A DNA stretch of 64,000 nucleotides from Terriglobia bacterium (lineage in GTDB: Bacteria > Acidobacteriota > Terriglobia > 2-12-FULL-54-10): the NCBI GenBank assembly GCA_963666975.2, contig CAXVYR010000004.1, forward strand, positions 1,248,001 to 1,312,000, given 5' to 3'. Positions 53,820 through 63,879 of the stretch are shown here, piece after piece; positions within the stretch are counted from its first letter, which is position 1, and each line of letters starts with the position of its first letter. The notes under the pieces were generated by a model that saw only the letters and a list, made by a program, of their open reading frames with translations, did not search any database and was not told the DNA's origin. The translations under genes were made by a program, and so were the position numbers.

Positions 53820-55189
53820 CCCTGTGCTCCCTTCTTGGGCTTGCCGTCGTTCAACACTCCCTTCACCTCGCCCATGGCGATGACTGGCAGGAAGCGGCAG
53901 AAGAGCAAAAAACAAGTAAAAAACAGTCCGAAGCTGCCCGCCAGAGTCGCCAATTCAATCGATGTGGGAACATATCCGCTCCAGTTCGATGGCAGATAAT
54001 CCCGCTGCAACGATCCGGCGATGATGACAAACCGCTCGAACCACATCCCCACGTTGATCAAAATTGAAATGACAAACACGATCCCCAGGTGGGAGCGGAC
54101 TCGCTTTGACCATAGCAACTGCGGGATGAGCACGTTGCATCCCACCATGATCCAGTACCCCCAGCCCAGCGGGCCCAGGGCGCGGTTCATAAACGCAAAC
54201 TGTTCATATTGGTTGCCGGAGTAGAGCGCGGTAAAAAACTCCGTCAAGTAGGCGAGCCCCACCATGCCGCTGGTGGCAATCACGATTTTGCACATCGCGC
54301 CGACGTGGCGATGGGTGATGTAGTCCTCCAACCGCATCAGCTTCCTGGCGAGGATCATCAGCGTCAGGACCATCGCCATGCCGGAGAAGATGGCTCCCGC
54401 CACAAAGTAGGGCGGGAAGAGGGTCGTATGCCAGCCGGGAATCATCGACGTGGCAAAGTCGAAGCTGCCGATGGTGTGCACGGAGACCACCAAGGGTGTG
54501 GCCAAACCCGCCAGGAGCAGATAGACCGTTTCATAGTGCTGGCACGTCCTGTAGGAGCCGTTCCAGCCCAAACTGAAAAAAGCAAAGAGGCGGCGGCGCA
54601 ATCCGGGTTTCAGACGGTCGCGGACCGTCGCCAAATCCGGGACCATCCCCACGTACCAGAACATCAGTGAGATGATGAAATAGACGGAGATGGCGAATGC
54701 ATCCCAGGCCAGAGGCGAGCGGAAATTAATCCACAGGGGGCTCCGGAAGTTGGGGTAGGGGAAAACCCAGTAGGCCAGCCAGGGACGCCCCATATGAATG
54801 AGAGGGAAAATCCCGGCGCACATTACGGCAATCAGCGTCATTGCTTCAGCGGACCGGTTGACCGAGGTGCGCCACCTCTGGCGCAATAGGAACAGGATGG
54901 CGGAGATCAGCGTTCCGGCATGCCCGATGCCGATCCAGAACACAAAATTTGTAATATCGAAAGCCCAGCCAACGGTGTTGTTGAGCCCCCAGGTTCCGAT
55001 CCCTGTAGACACCTGGTAGGTGACGGCAGCCATCCCCACCAAAAGAACCGTAACCGAAGCGAGAAATGCCGCCCACCATAGCGCCGTCGGCCTGCGCTCC
55101 ATCGGCACGCAGATGTCCTCCGTCACCTCCGAAAGCTGCTTGTTTCCCTGAATCAGGGGTTGCTGAAGCACCACGTCGGCACTAGCCAT
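53816..55189 (-). CDS. actC: Alternative complex III subunit ActC (NrfD family)
   Basis: ITNFVFWIGIGHAGTLISAIL, RSAEAMT, HMGRPW, GMWFERF. Confidence 0.93.
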   Translation of the reverse strand: MASADVVLQQPLIQGNKQLSEVTEDICVPMERRPTALWWAAFLASVTVLLVGMAAVTYQVSTGIGTWGLNNTVGWAFDITNFVFWIGIGHAGTLISAILFLLRQRWRTSVNRSAEAMTLIAVMCAGIFPLIHMGRPWLAYWVFPYPNFRSPLWINFRSPLAWDAFAISVYFIISLMFWYVGMVPDLATVRDRLKPGLRRRLFAFFSLGWNGSYRTCQHYETVYLLLAGLATPLVVSVHTIGSFDFATSMIPGWHTTLFPPYFVAGAIFSGMAMVLTLMILARKLMRLEDYITHRHVGAMCKIVIATSGMVGLAYLTEFFTALYSGNQYEQFAFMNRALGPLGWGYWIMVGCNVLIPQLLWSKRVRSHLGIVFVISILINVGMWFERFVIIAGSLQRDYLPSNWSGYVPTSIELATLAGSFGLFFTCFLLFCRFLPVIAMGEVKGVLNDGKPKKGAQG

Positions 55190-56124
55190 GGTGATTTCCA
55201 TCCTCGCTTTCAGGCCGGTTGCGAACCAACCGCAGATACCCGACCGCAGGCCGGACATTAATCTCTTCCAGCACCCGGTAGACGCGCTCGCTTTGCAGCA
55301 GCAGCGACACCTTGCTGGCCGGATCGTTCACATCACCGAAAACAATGGCCTTCGTTGGGCAGGATTGCTGGCAAGCCGCCTGCACATCACCATCTGCTAA
55401 GGGTCGCCCCTCCCGTTTCGCTTCGCTCTTGGCATCCTGAATTCTCTGGATACAGAAAGAGCACTTTTCCATTACGCCACGGGATCGCACAGTGACGTCC
55501 GGATTGAGCACCAAGTTCGCCATGCGGTCCTCGCGCGGGTAATCGAACCAGTTAAAGCGGCGCACTTTGTACGGACAGTTGTTGGCGCAATAGCGCGTGC
55601 CGACACAGCGGTTGTAGATCTGGTGATTGAGCCCCTCTTCGGTATGGACCGTCGCCAGCACCGGGCAGACGGTCTCGCAGGGAGCATGCTCGCAATGCTG
55701 GCAGAGCATCGGCTGGTGCACTATATCCACTTCAGCTTCATCGGCGTCCACTGAGTAATAGCGGTCGATACGAATCCAGTGCATCGCGCGCTTTCGCCGC
55801 ACCTCGTCCTTGCCGACCACGGGGACGTTGTTCTCCACCTGGCAGGCGATGACGCAACCGGAGCAGCCGGTGCATGCATTCAGGTCAATCGCCATGCCCC
55901 AGCGATGGCCGGGGAAGGGATGATCCCGTGGCCAGAGATCTTCTTCCTGGACGTGATGTTTGTGCCCCCCGGCGGCGGGGTCCTTCAGAAACTCCGGCAA
56001 GGTGGTTTCCTGAACGATGGGTCGGGGCTCGGCATTCCCGATGGCGAGGTGGTGCGGAACGCTCAATGTGTGATGACTCTGCGTGCTTGCCAGCTCGTGC
56101 CTCTTGCCGGTTTTGGCGACGGAC
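55182..56124 (-). pseudogene. actB: ActB C-terminal Fe-S domain; 5' part removed at an IS3 end
   Basis: KTGKRHELASTQSHH, CTGCSGC, MHWIRIDRYY, CQHCEHAPC, CVGTRYCANNCPY, CSFC. The frame runs into the IS end at 56125; no molybdopterin-like domain and no actA. Confidence 0.85.
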
Positions 56125-56425
56125 TGTGCCCCGTCAGGGCTTGTTGGACAGGTAGAGGGTAATAGTTAAGGTGATGTTTTTGGCTCATCGTAGAGACTGA
56201 AAGGAACGAAGATGAGACAAAAACAAGACGACAGGGGGGCGGTCGAGAAGGCCGTCCGGGAGATCAAACGCAGGACGCGGCGCAGGTTCAGCCCGGAAGA
56301 CAAAATCCGCATTGTATTGCAGGGACTTCGCGGCGAGGACAGCATCGCGGAGCTGTGCCGCCGCGAGGGGCTGCACCAGAACCAGTATTACCACTGGAGC
56401 AAGGAGTTTCTGGAGGCTGGCCGGC
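56125..56425 (+). mobile_element. IS3-family left end with truncated OrfA
   Basis: TG end tgtgccccgtcagggcttgttggaca; OrfA from 56212 RRRFSPEDKIRIVL..IAELCRREGL..YYHWSKEFLEAG. Confidence 0.8.
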
Positions 56426-56793
56426 AATCCATGCGGAAGGGGAGCGACCCGCGAACCACAGTAACCCGGCGAATCAGTTCGTGATGCCCGTGCCCGCTGG
56501 CAGGCCGGCCAATCGGCATATAATCGGTAACCTCGCCGACTCCCTCAGGGCAAAGGAACCGCGTCACGAGGACGTTGGTACCCGGCCAGTAATAACTGCT
56601 TCTGGGTGACTTTACCCACAGTGGGAGCAATATGAAATCGCCCGCCTTTCTTGTCATCGAGGATAGCCGCAAACACGCTGGGTGAATCGAAATGGGGATA
56701 ACAAAGCCAGTCAATCGAACCGTTCATCCCCACCAGAGCCACAGTATGCATGTCACCGATCATCCCGTAGTTTTCGATTGGTTGATATGGCAT
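56415..56793 (-). pseudogene. GH15 glucoamylase/trehalase N-terminal fragment, frameshifted and truncated
   Basis: [32 protein letters not shown], then a frameshift, then [16 protein letters not shown]. Confidence 0.82.
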
Positions 56794-56984
56794 CACAGCA
56801 CTCCAGGGTCACGTTTCAGCAGAACGCTCAGGTCCCGAGAACGCTTAAAGTCGAGAGTGAAATTTAACAGGTACTTGGTCATTTGAGACTCCGTGCTTCC
56901 TAACACCCGCCTGATCAGCTAATTTGTTCCGGCTCGGCGGGCACCAATTCGCTATAGCAGCAGTTGAAGATACAACGCTTCGAA

Positions 56985-57872
56985 TCAGGTGCGGTCGCTG
57001 ATGCGCGCCGCCTGGCGATTGCCCCGGTGCGCATAAAGAAGCTCGCTGAGTTTGTGGTGATGCAGCTTGGCACAGAGAACGGCTTGGACCCCCATCGCCC
57101 GGGTGTAGACTTCCGCCGCCAGAAGCATTCCCAGCGGAGGAGCGGTGAAATAGAGCCAGAGCGCGTTCCACAGCTGCGGGGGCAGTGCCGATCCGAGCGA
57201 ACGTGCCGGGTTCATACTCATCCCGGAAATCGGCGCTTCTACAGTAATGTAAGTGGCTACCAACAAGCCTGCAAACAAGCCGGTGAACCGTGCAACGGAC
57301 CGCCGGTTGGATACCACAAGGACCGTAAGCATGAGTCCGAAGGAAATGACCGCCTCGGCCACAAATGCTATCTCTATGCCTCGTGAACCTGGAACGGTTG
57401 CTACAAAGTTAACCGCCGGGTGGGAAAGCCACGTCCCGAGCAGGCCCCTAACGAGCAATACGCCTCCGACGGCGCCAAAAAACTGAGCCGCCACGTAGAA
57501 GAAGGCATCGGGTAGTTTCACCTTTCCCAACCGGAAAAAGGCCAAGGTAATGGCAGGATTGATATGCGCCCCGGATCGTTGGCCCCACGGAGAATAAATA
57601 ACGCCGATGGCGGTTAACCCCATTGCCAGTCCCATCAGGACGCGGCGCGCTACCGGGTTCTCAATCGATTCGTACAGGGGTGATTGTGGGTATTCCAACA
57701 AGGCGCCGAACACGCAGGCGGCGACCATAAATATACCGAGCCCGGCTGCCTCCATCAGATACTCCGGCCAATGCTGGGCCAATGCAACACGGAAGTTGTG
57801 AACCCCCCATTCCCCTGGGCCGGGGGAGCCGGTGGAATTCAAGATTTTATTCTTCCCGGCTTCTGTGTTCAT
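56985..57872 (-). CDS. MIP-family aquaporin
   Basis: SGAHINPAIT and SMNPARS (two NPA boxes), about six TM helices. Confidence 0.93.
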   Translation of the reverse strand: MNTEAGKNKILNSTGSPGPGEWGVHNFRVALAQHWPEYLMEAAGLGIFMVAACVFGALLEYPQSPLYESIENPVARRVLMGLAMGLTAIGVIYSPWGQRSGAHINPAITLAFFRLGKVKLPDAFFYVAAQFFGAVGGVLLVRGLLGTWLSHPAVNFVATVPGSRGIEIAFVAEAVISFGLMLTVLVVSNRRSVARFTGLFAGLLVATYITVEAPISGMSMNPARSLGSALPPQLWNALWLYFTAPPLGMLLAAEVYTRAMGVQAVLCAKLHHHKLSELLYAHRGNRQAARISDRT

Positions 57873-57972
57873 GCTTGTAGGGTGACAAACAAAGCTGCTC
57901 GTAAGAGCGGTGCTAACTAACTAATGATGTGAACTGAATTTCAGGTTGAGTTTCCCCGCCTCCCTGACAACT

Positions 57973-58166
57973 CTAGCTCGTTTTCGCAAATGGTGTAGAC
58001 CGCTCCGCCATCGGAACCAGGCAACCTCTTTGGCTGTCATCCTGAGCGAAGCGAAGGATCTGCTTTTGTACAAGGGGATTGGCCCTTACCCGGCGAAAAG
58101 CAGATTCCTCGCTGCGCTCGGAATGACAACGCGTTGTGGTTTACACCATTTGCGAAAACGCTCTAG
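57973..58166. mobile_element. MITE-like element with CTAG-bounded TIRs and an internal palindrome
   Basis: ctagctcgttttcgcaaatggtgtagacc / ggtttacaccatttgcgaaaacgctctag; internal tgtcatcctgagcgaagcgaaggatct...agattcctcgctgcgctcggaatgaca. Confidence 0.8.
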
Positions 58167-58330
58167 CTCGGATCACCGTGGCTACATTCGGATGTTGGAT
58201 GCCACCGAAACCAGAAGGACTCAGTATTTCGTAAGCGCCAAGTTGAGTTCCAGGAGAAACCGCCGCGCTATGGCCCCCGCCTGATTGAAAATAATGGGGA
58301 AAGATTACATGAGGAAAGAGGGTAAATCAA
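58167..58330 (-). pseudogene. Ser/Thr kinase 5' relic with promoter (copy C)
   Basis: AVSPGTQLGAYEILSPSGFGG joined to QHPNVATV; TTGATT-N17-TAATCT upstream; cut by the MITE. Confidence 0.72.
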
Positions 58331-58425
58331 TTGAGTGCAGGGAACTTCCTGGGCCTGTACCGAGCGCTGAGTGCGGTCGAATATGATTCATTTCATAGAA
58401 GAAATCCGCAAGGGAATTCATCTGC

Positions 58426-58455
58426 AAAAAAAAACGGCCCTGAATGCCGGGGCCG
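58426..58455 (-). terminator. Intrinsic terminator after iorB
   Basis: cggccccggcattcagggccg followed by T9 on the minus strand. Confidence 0.75.
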
Positions 58456-58483
58456 CAAGCATTCTTGCCAAGATGTAGCCGGA

Positions 58484-60649
58484 TCAGGCCGTGCTCAGTT
58501 CTGCCGGGCGGATGGGCAGCCGGCGTATGCGCTTGCCTGTTGCGGCGTAGATGGCGTTGACGACTGCTGAGAAGATCGGGGGCGTGCCTGGCTCGCCCAT
58601 GCCGCCGGGGGTTTCCGTGCTGGGCACGATGTGGACCTCGATCTCCGGCATCTCGTTCATCCGCAGCATCTGGTAGTCGTGAAAGTTGGACTGGACGACC
58701 CGGCCCCGGTCGATGAGTATCTCGCCCTTCAGAAGCGCGGTCAGCCCGTATACGATGCCGCTTTCCACCTGCGCCTTGATTGTGTCGGGGTTGATGATCC
58801 AGCCGCAGTCCACCGCCGCCGTGACACGGTGCACACGAACCTCGCCGTCCCGGCCGACGGAAACTTCCGCCACTTGGGCGATGATGCTGCCGAAGGATTC
58901 ATGCACGGAGATACCCCGTGCCCTGCCGCTGGGCAATGGCTTTCCCCAGCCGGCATTCTCGCCGGCTAATTCCAAAGCTGCTTTGTGGCGGGGAGCCTTG
59001 TCGAGCAGTTGCCGACGCAACTCCAAGGGGTCCTTGCCGGCCATGACGGCGATTTCGTCGAGGAAAGACTCCGTGACATAGCCGTTGACGGAATTACCGA
59101 CCGAGCGCCAGTAACCGACCGGAATGCCCGGTTCGAATCTCACATACTCGACGCGAACGTTGGGAATGTTGTAAGGCAGGTCGGCGGCGCCTTCCATAGA
59201 GTTGCGGTCAACGCCTCCCGCTGAATCCAGACCGCGAGGGTTGCCTCGGGCGCGCAGCGAGGGCTGCACGAGCCGCTGCATCCAGGCAACGGGCATGCCG
59301 GACTCATCCAGAGCAGCCCAAAAGCGTGCGTAAGAGACGGGGCGATAATAGTCATGCTGGATATCGTCCTCACGGGTCCAGATCACCTTCACCGGGCGGC
59401 CGACAGCCTTGGAGGATTCCACAGCGTCGGCGACAAAATCGGTCTGGCCGCGGCGGCCGAAGCCACCGCCCAGATAGAGAGTGTGGACCTTGACAGCGTC
59501 CGGCGGCAGACCGGTGATCTCGATCGCTGCGCGGTGAGTGCTGGTCTGGGATTGGGTGGAAACCCAAACATCGCAGCCATCTGCACGGACATCGGCGGTG
59601 CAGTTCATCGGTTCCATGCAGGCGTGCGCCAAGTAAGGGACTTCGTAGGTGGCCTCGAAAGTGCGGGAAGCCCCCGACATGGCAGCGGTGAAGTCGCCGT
59701 CGTTACGCGCCACGGCGCCCGTTTTCTGGCCGAGTTCTGCCAGTTGCTTGCTGATGTCGGAACTGCTCAATCCGGCCAGGGGGCCTTCGTCCCACTGAAT
59801 CTCCAGGGCCTGGACGCCCTTTGTGGCGGCCCAGTAATTGTCCGCGATGACGGAAATACCGGAGCTGATCTGGATGACATGACGGACGCCGGGAACGGCT
59901 TTGGCCTTGTCGGCGTTGAAGCTTTTGACCTTCCCTTCGAAGACGGGACAGCGGACGACCCGCGCCACGAGCATATTGGGCCGCGAGATGTCTATGCCGA
60001 AAACCGCGCTGCCGTTGACCTTCTCTGGAATATCGAGGCGCGCCAGGGGCTGGCCGAGCAGACGGAATTCGTCGAAGTCCTTGAGAGTGACCTGTTCGGG
60101 GACCGGCAGAGTCGAGGCCTTTTCGACGAGCTGGCCGTACTGCAGACGGCGGCCCGTGGAGGAGTGGATGACTTCTCCCTTTTCGGTGGAGCATTCATTT
60201 TCCGGGACGCCCCAGGTCTGGGATGCGGCAGCGACCAGCATGGCGCGGCCGGTAGCGCCGGCCTCGCGGAACAACTTCCACATACCCCGGACGCTGCGGC
60301 TGCCGGCGGTGGACTGCGATCCGCCAAAACCGGGATTGCCGTAGGCGGGGTCGGCAGGCGCCCAAACGGTATCCAGCTTCTGCCAGTCCATGTCGAGTTC
60401 TTCGGCGATCAACATCGGCATGGAGGTCATCACGCCCTGGCCCATCTCCAGTTGCGTGAGAGTGATCGTCACAGTATCGTCGGTGCCGATCTGGATCCAC
60501 ACGTTCGGCTCGAATACCTCCGAAGCAGCCGTCGTTTCCTCATTCATTCCGAGGTAGCCGGGCAAATAAAGCCCGATCAGGAGACCGCCGCCAGCGGCAG
60601 CCCCGACTTTCAAGAATGTGCGTCTGGTGAGATTCATTGCCTGTGCCAT
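58484..60649 (-). CDS. iorB: Xanthine dehydrogenase-family molybdopterin subunit (isoquinoline 1-oxidoreductase beta-like), Tat-exported
   Basis: TRRTFLK Tat motif, EMGQG, TAGS.S, HACMEP, LGGGFGRR, WRSV, GMGEPG. Confidence 0.9.
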   Translation of the reverse strand: MAQAMNLTRRTFLKVGAAAGGGLLIGLYLPGYLGMNEETTAASEVFEPNVWIQIGTDDTVTITLTQLEMGQGVMTSMPMLIAEELDMDWQKLDTVWAPADPAYGNPGFGGSQSTAGSRSVRGMWKLFREAGATGRAMLVAAASQTWGVPENECSTEKGEVIHSSTGRRLQYGQLVEKASTLPVPEQVTLKDFDEFRLLGQPLARLDIPEKVNGSAVFGIDISRPNMLVARVVRCPVFEGKVKSFNADKAKAVPGVRHVIQISSGISVIADNYWAATKGVQALEIQWDEGPLAGLSSSDISKQLAELGQKTGAVARNDGDFTAAMSGASRTFEATYEVPYLAHACMEPMNCTADVRADGCDVWVSTQSQTSTHRAAIEITGLPPDAVKVHTLYLGGGFGRRGQTDFVADAVESSKAVGRPVKVIWTREDDIQHDYYRPVSYARFWAALDESGMPVAWMQRLVQPSLRARGNPRGLDSAGGVDRNSMEGAADLPYNIPNVRVEYVRFEPGIPVGYWRSVGNSVNGYVTESFLDEIAVMAGKDPLELRRQLLDKAPRHKAALELAGENAGWGKPLPSGRARGISVHESFGSIIAQVAEVSVGRDGEVRVHRVTAAVDCGWIINPDTIKAQVESGIVYGLTALLKGEILIDRGRVVQSNFHDYQMLRMNEMPEIEVHIVPSTETPGGMGEPGTPPIFSAVVNAIYAATGKRIRRLPIRPAELSTA

Positions 60650-60650
60650 G

Positions 60651-61115
60651 TTACGCCTCCGCTCGGATCGTCTGCGCCGCGCGGTGAATGGCACGGCGGA
60701 TGCGCTGGTAGGTCCCGCACCGGCAGATGTTGCCCGACATGGCGCTGTTGATGTCCTCGTCGGTGGGGTTGGGGTTGCGGACCAGCAAGAAAGCCGCCGA
60801 CATGATCTGTCCAGACTGGCAATAGCCGCACTGGGGCACCTGCTCGGCGATCCATGCCAGTTGCAGGGCGTGCGTGGAATCGGCCGAGAGGCCTTCGATG
60901 GTCGTAATCTTCTTCCCGGCAGCCGCCGAGACTGGAGTGCTGCAAGAGCGGACCGGAGTGCCTTCCAGATGCACGGTGCAGGCGCCGCACTCCGCTATGC
61001 CGCAGCCGAACTTCGTTCCGGTCATTCCCAGCGTCTCCCGGATGACCCACAGCAAAGGGGTGTCCGGGCTGACGTCCACTTCGTGTTGCTTTCCATTGAC
61101 GTTCAGAAAAATCAT
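60651..61115 (-). CDS. iorA: 2x[2Fe-2S] small subunit (isoquinoline 1-oxidoreductase alpha-like)
   Basis: [32 protein letters not shown]. Confidence 0.92.
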   Translation of the reverse strand: MIFLNVNGKQHEVDVSPDTPLLWVIRETLGMTGTKFGCGIAECGACTVHLEGTPVRSCSTPVSAAAGKKITTIEGLSADSTHALQLAWIAEQVPQCGYCQSGQIMSAAFLLVRNPNPTDEDINSAMSGNICRCGTYQRIRRAIHRAAQTIRAEA

Positions 61116-61780
61116 GGCCAGCTCCTGAATGTGCGAATGCCCTGCGTGAATTTAAGTCGCCCCCGCAGAGACGGGATTTGATATGGCAAAGTTTATCCAT
61201 TTCCGGGGGCAAGAGCAAGGAAGAAAAGGAGGAAGATGATGGGGGTAGTGGGTAGTTTCCCATTTGCCGACTCTGCGGCCAAGTGACGCAGAAATCGGTA
61301 AATAAAGTGGCGTTACTCGCGGGTAATCGGTGAAGCGACTGTTTGCCAGTATGCTGGGGCGGATAGAAAGCTGCCGCTTCCGTCGGGATAGCCGAGACTG
61401 CGGCACCCAAGAAACGGATTTCGATATCCTCCAGGAATGGACAGATGTCTGAAAAAGCTGATTCTGGATGCCGGGGCGAAGGGTTTTCAGGACCCGGAAA
61501 AGGGCGGCTGAGAGTCTGTGGGACTGTCTGGGAAAAGAATCTTTCTTGGAGGAGTCGGTTGGAAGGAATCGTGTGTATACTGTCAACCGCCGGAGAGTCA
61601 AAAAACTAATTCCGGTTCATGTTCGTCTGCTCTGAGGCTTGTTTCTGCTGTCACCGCAGAGGAATCCGTAGGGGCAGCATATCACGAAACCGCCTCTAAT
61701 ACCTTTCCCGCCTGTGCGCGATATTGACTGCCTTCCAGGTGGTGGTATTCCTGATAGCGGTGGGGGGGGGTCTGAGTGGG

Positions 61781-61836
61781 AATCTATGGGTTCCTATAGA
61801 TTATTGTTTACAAACCGGGGTGTAGATGGTTATCAT
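61781..61836 (+). promoter_or_regulatory. Operator-like inverted repeat plus sigma70-like promoter before the HTH gene
   Basis: aatctatggg-tt-cctatagatt (61781-61802), then TTTACA-N18-TATCAT ending 11 nt before ATG 61848. Confidence 0.5.
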
Positions 61837-61847
61837 TGCTAACATTC

Positions 61848-62060
61848 ATGAAAACGATTACACCCGAACGTTGGTATACCGCAAGAGAGGCCGTCGAACT
61901 TCTGGAGCGCGAAGTCACCGAAGCGACGGTGAAAGAATACTGCAATTCAGGCAAGCTGAAAGGCAAGAAAATGGGACCCAAAAAGCGGTGGATGGCTCTT
62001 GGGTCCTCTATCCAAAAACTGCGACGAGATTGGGGCATCGACGATGCAAAGCGGAACTAG
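61848..62060 (+). CDS. Excisionase-like/HTH_17 small DNA-binding protein
   Basis: WYTAREAVELL..EVTEATVKEYCNSGKLKGKKMG..KRW pattern. Confidence 0.75.
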   Translation: MKTITPERWYTAREAVELLEREVTEATVKEYCNSGKLKGKKMGPKKRWMALGSSIQKLRRDWGIDDAKRN

Positions 62061-62118
62061 CACAGTTCGGCTGAACTGTGGCATCATTACTGCTTTGCCA
62101 ATACCAGAGAGGAGACGC

Positions 62119-62331
62119 ATGCCAGCACCGCAGAAAAAAAGAGGGAAGCGGCGCGCATACACTGACCCACAGGATGCGCTTGCCAGATTTGACAATCCGC
62201 AGGTTCAGCGGGAGTTTCGTAAGTCTATGGACCGGTGGGCAAAAAAAACCCAACCCCTAATTGACGCCGTCCAGTCAGCTGAGCGACTCGACGAGAACGA
62301 TTTCGCCATCAGGATCAATACCAAAGCGTAA
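62119..62331 (+). CDS. 70-aa hypothetical protein
   Basis: Strong SD GAGAGGAG; MPAPQKKRGKRR...SAERLDENDFAIRINTKA; ends 21 nt before the next gene. Confidence 0.7.
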   Translation: MPAPQKKRGKRRAYTDPQDALARFDNPQVQREFRKSMDRWAKKTQPLIDAVQSAERLDENDFAIRINTKA

Positions 62332-62352
62332 GTTTGGGCCAGGCCCACGCCC

Positions 62353-63879
62353 TTGGAAAAACTCGAACAAAAACTTGACTTTTGGAAGCTAGGTGAAAAG
62401 CCCCTCGCGGAACTCCTCCAGCTCGAATCGCCACCTTTCATGGAACGGGGGGAGGCGCACCGTCAGCTTTCGTTTGTCGAGAAGCACGTCCGCGAGCTAG
62501 GGGCAAAATTAACGGTTGTTGAGAATCGTTATGTGGACCGGGACTACATGGAGGAACACAGTGTTTTTTATTCCAAGAACTTAGTCCCGTATCACAACTG
62601 GTGCCAACGCCTGCACTTCTTTAGGATGGAAGGGAAAGACCTAAAAGGTGAATTTAGGCGGCTCCGGGGTATCCGTGATAAGGCAGATTTTCAGTCAGAG
62701 TGCGAAGAATTTTCCACGAGGCACTACTTAGGCTTTAGTGTTATCAAACCCTTACCAGGGTGTCCGGTGGGGCGCACGGTCTTGCGGCCTTTCCCAGAAG
62801 ATGCTTCACCGGACTATCAACGAGAATTCAAATGCGTTTGCCTAAGAAACAAAGCTCATTTGCTCGGCATTCCGCTCTCCGTAACCGGCCTTCCATTTCA
62901 GCAACAAGATCTTGGCGTTAGCGCCTGTGCTACAACGGCCCTCTGGTCCGCACTACAAAGAGCCCGGGAACTCGAAGAAAGTGGGACCGCAACTCCAGCG
63001 CAAATAACGCTTCGGGCTTCTCAGTTTACGCTTCCATCCGGCAGAGCCATGCCGTCAGAAGGATTATCTGTCGACCAGATGTGCCAGGCAGTGCATTCCT
63101 TTGGTTACGCGCCAATTCTCTTCCGTGCGGAAGATTTCGAGTCTTCGCGGGGCGTTCTGTACGCCACGGTTCGTTCGGGAATCTCTCCCGTTCTGATTTT
63201 GGAGCAATCAAAAAAGAGCCTTAAACATGCAGTTGCGGTGGCTGGCATAAAGCTTAGAAAACAGCATGAGCCGGATTTCCTTATAGAGCTGATCGATGCT
63301 CGGTCTAACGACATGGCGGGGCTGTACATCCATGACGACCGGTTCGGACCTTATCTCACCACTCAGATTGAGAAGCATGGGAATCGATTACTGCTTCATG
63401 TGCCGTTTCCACCTCCACTTAAATCCGAGACCTGGCTTCTCTCGCACATTCTCATCCCAATGCACGCCAAGATACGCCTGTCGTTTGGCGATCTTCGGAA
63501 AGCAGCCATTCATGTGGTCCGGTCAGTTCATTCATTCCGGGCCAATGTCATGAACGTTCCGGAAACCGTGATTTCCTGGGATTCTCGGATCATCAGAGCG
63601 CACAATTACGTAGAGGAGATTCTTTTGTTTGGTGAGCAAAGGGTGTCTGACCTGTTAGTCGAGAGACTTTGTGCCGCGGTTTGTTTCTCCCGGTATCTGG
63701 CTTTGGTCAGAATCCGGGCGGACGATCTAGACCCAATCGATGTCCTTCTCGACACGACGAGCACGGAAAGGAATCTCACTGCGCTTGCGGTTGTCCGGAT
63801 CGGAAACTCCCAGCCAAATACTGCTGCGATGGCCGCTCTTTTGGGAAAGCACTATGACTGCCCGGTGATAGTTAGCTAG
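62353..63879 (+). CDS. Uncharacterised 508-aa protein with a putative papain-like (C39-like) Cys-His-Asp domain
   Basis: FQQQDLGVSAC(192)ATTALWSAL, SPVLIL..H(292)AVAVAG, YIHD(328)DRFGPY. The fold assignment is an inference from motif order. Confidence 0.6.
   Translation: MEKLEQKLDFWKLGEKPLAELLQLESPPFMERGEAHRQLSFVEKHVRELGAKLTVVENRYVDRDYMEEHSVFYSKNLVPYHNWCQRLHFFRMEGKDLKGEFRRLRGIRDKADFQSECEEFSTRHYLGFSVIKPLPGCPVGRTVLRPFPEDASPDYQREFKCVCLRNKAHLLGIPLSVTGLPFQQQDLGVSACATTALWSALQRARELEESGTATPAQITLRASQFTLPSGRAMPSEGLSVDQMCQAVHSFGYAPILFRAEDFESSRGVLYATVRSGISPVLILEQSKKSLKHAVAVAGIKLRKQHEPDFLIELIDARSNDMAGLYIHDDRFGPYLTTQIEKHGNRLLLHVPFPPPLKSETWLLSHILIPMHAKIRLSFGDLRKAAIHVVRSVHSFRANVMNVPETVISWDSRIIRAHNYVEEILLFGEQRVSDLLVERLCAAVCFSRYLALVRIRADDLDPIDVLLDTTSTERNLTALAVVRIGNSQPNTAAMAALLGKHYDCPVIVS

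Noticed and set aside
61152-61727. ORFs between iorA and the HTH gene; possible att site
   Set aside because: No motifs or SD, and no tRNA fragment or direct repeat identifiable within the window.
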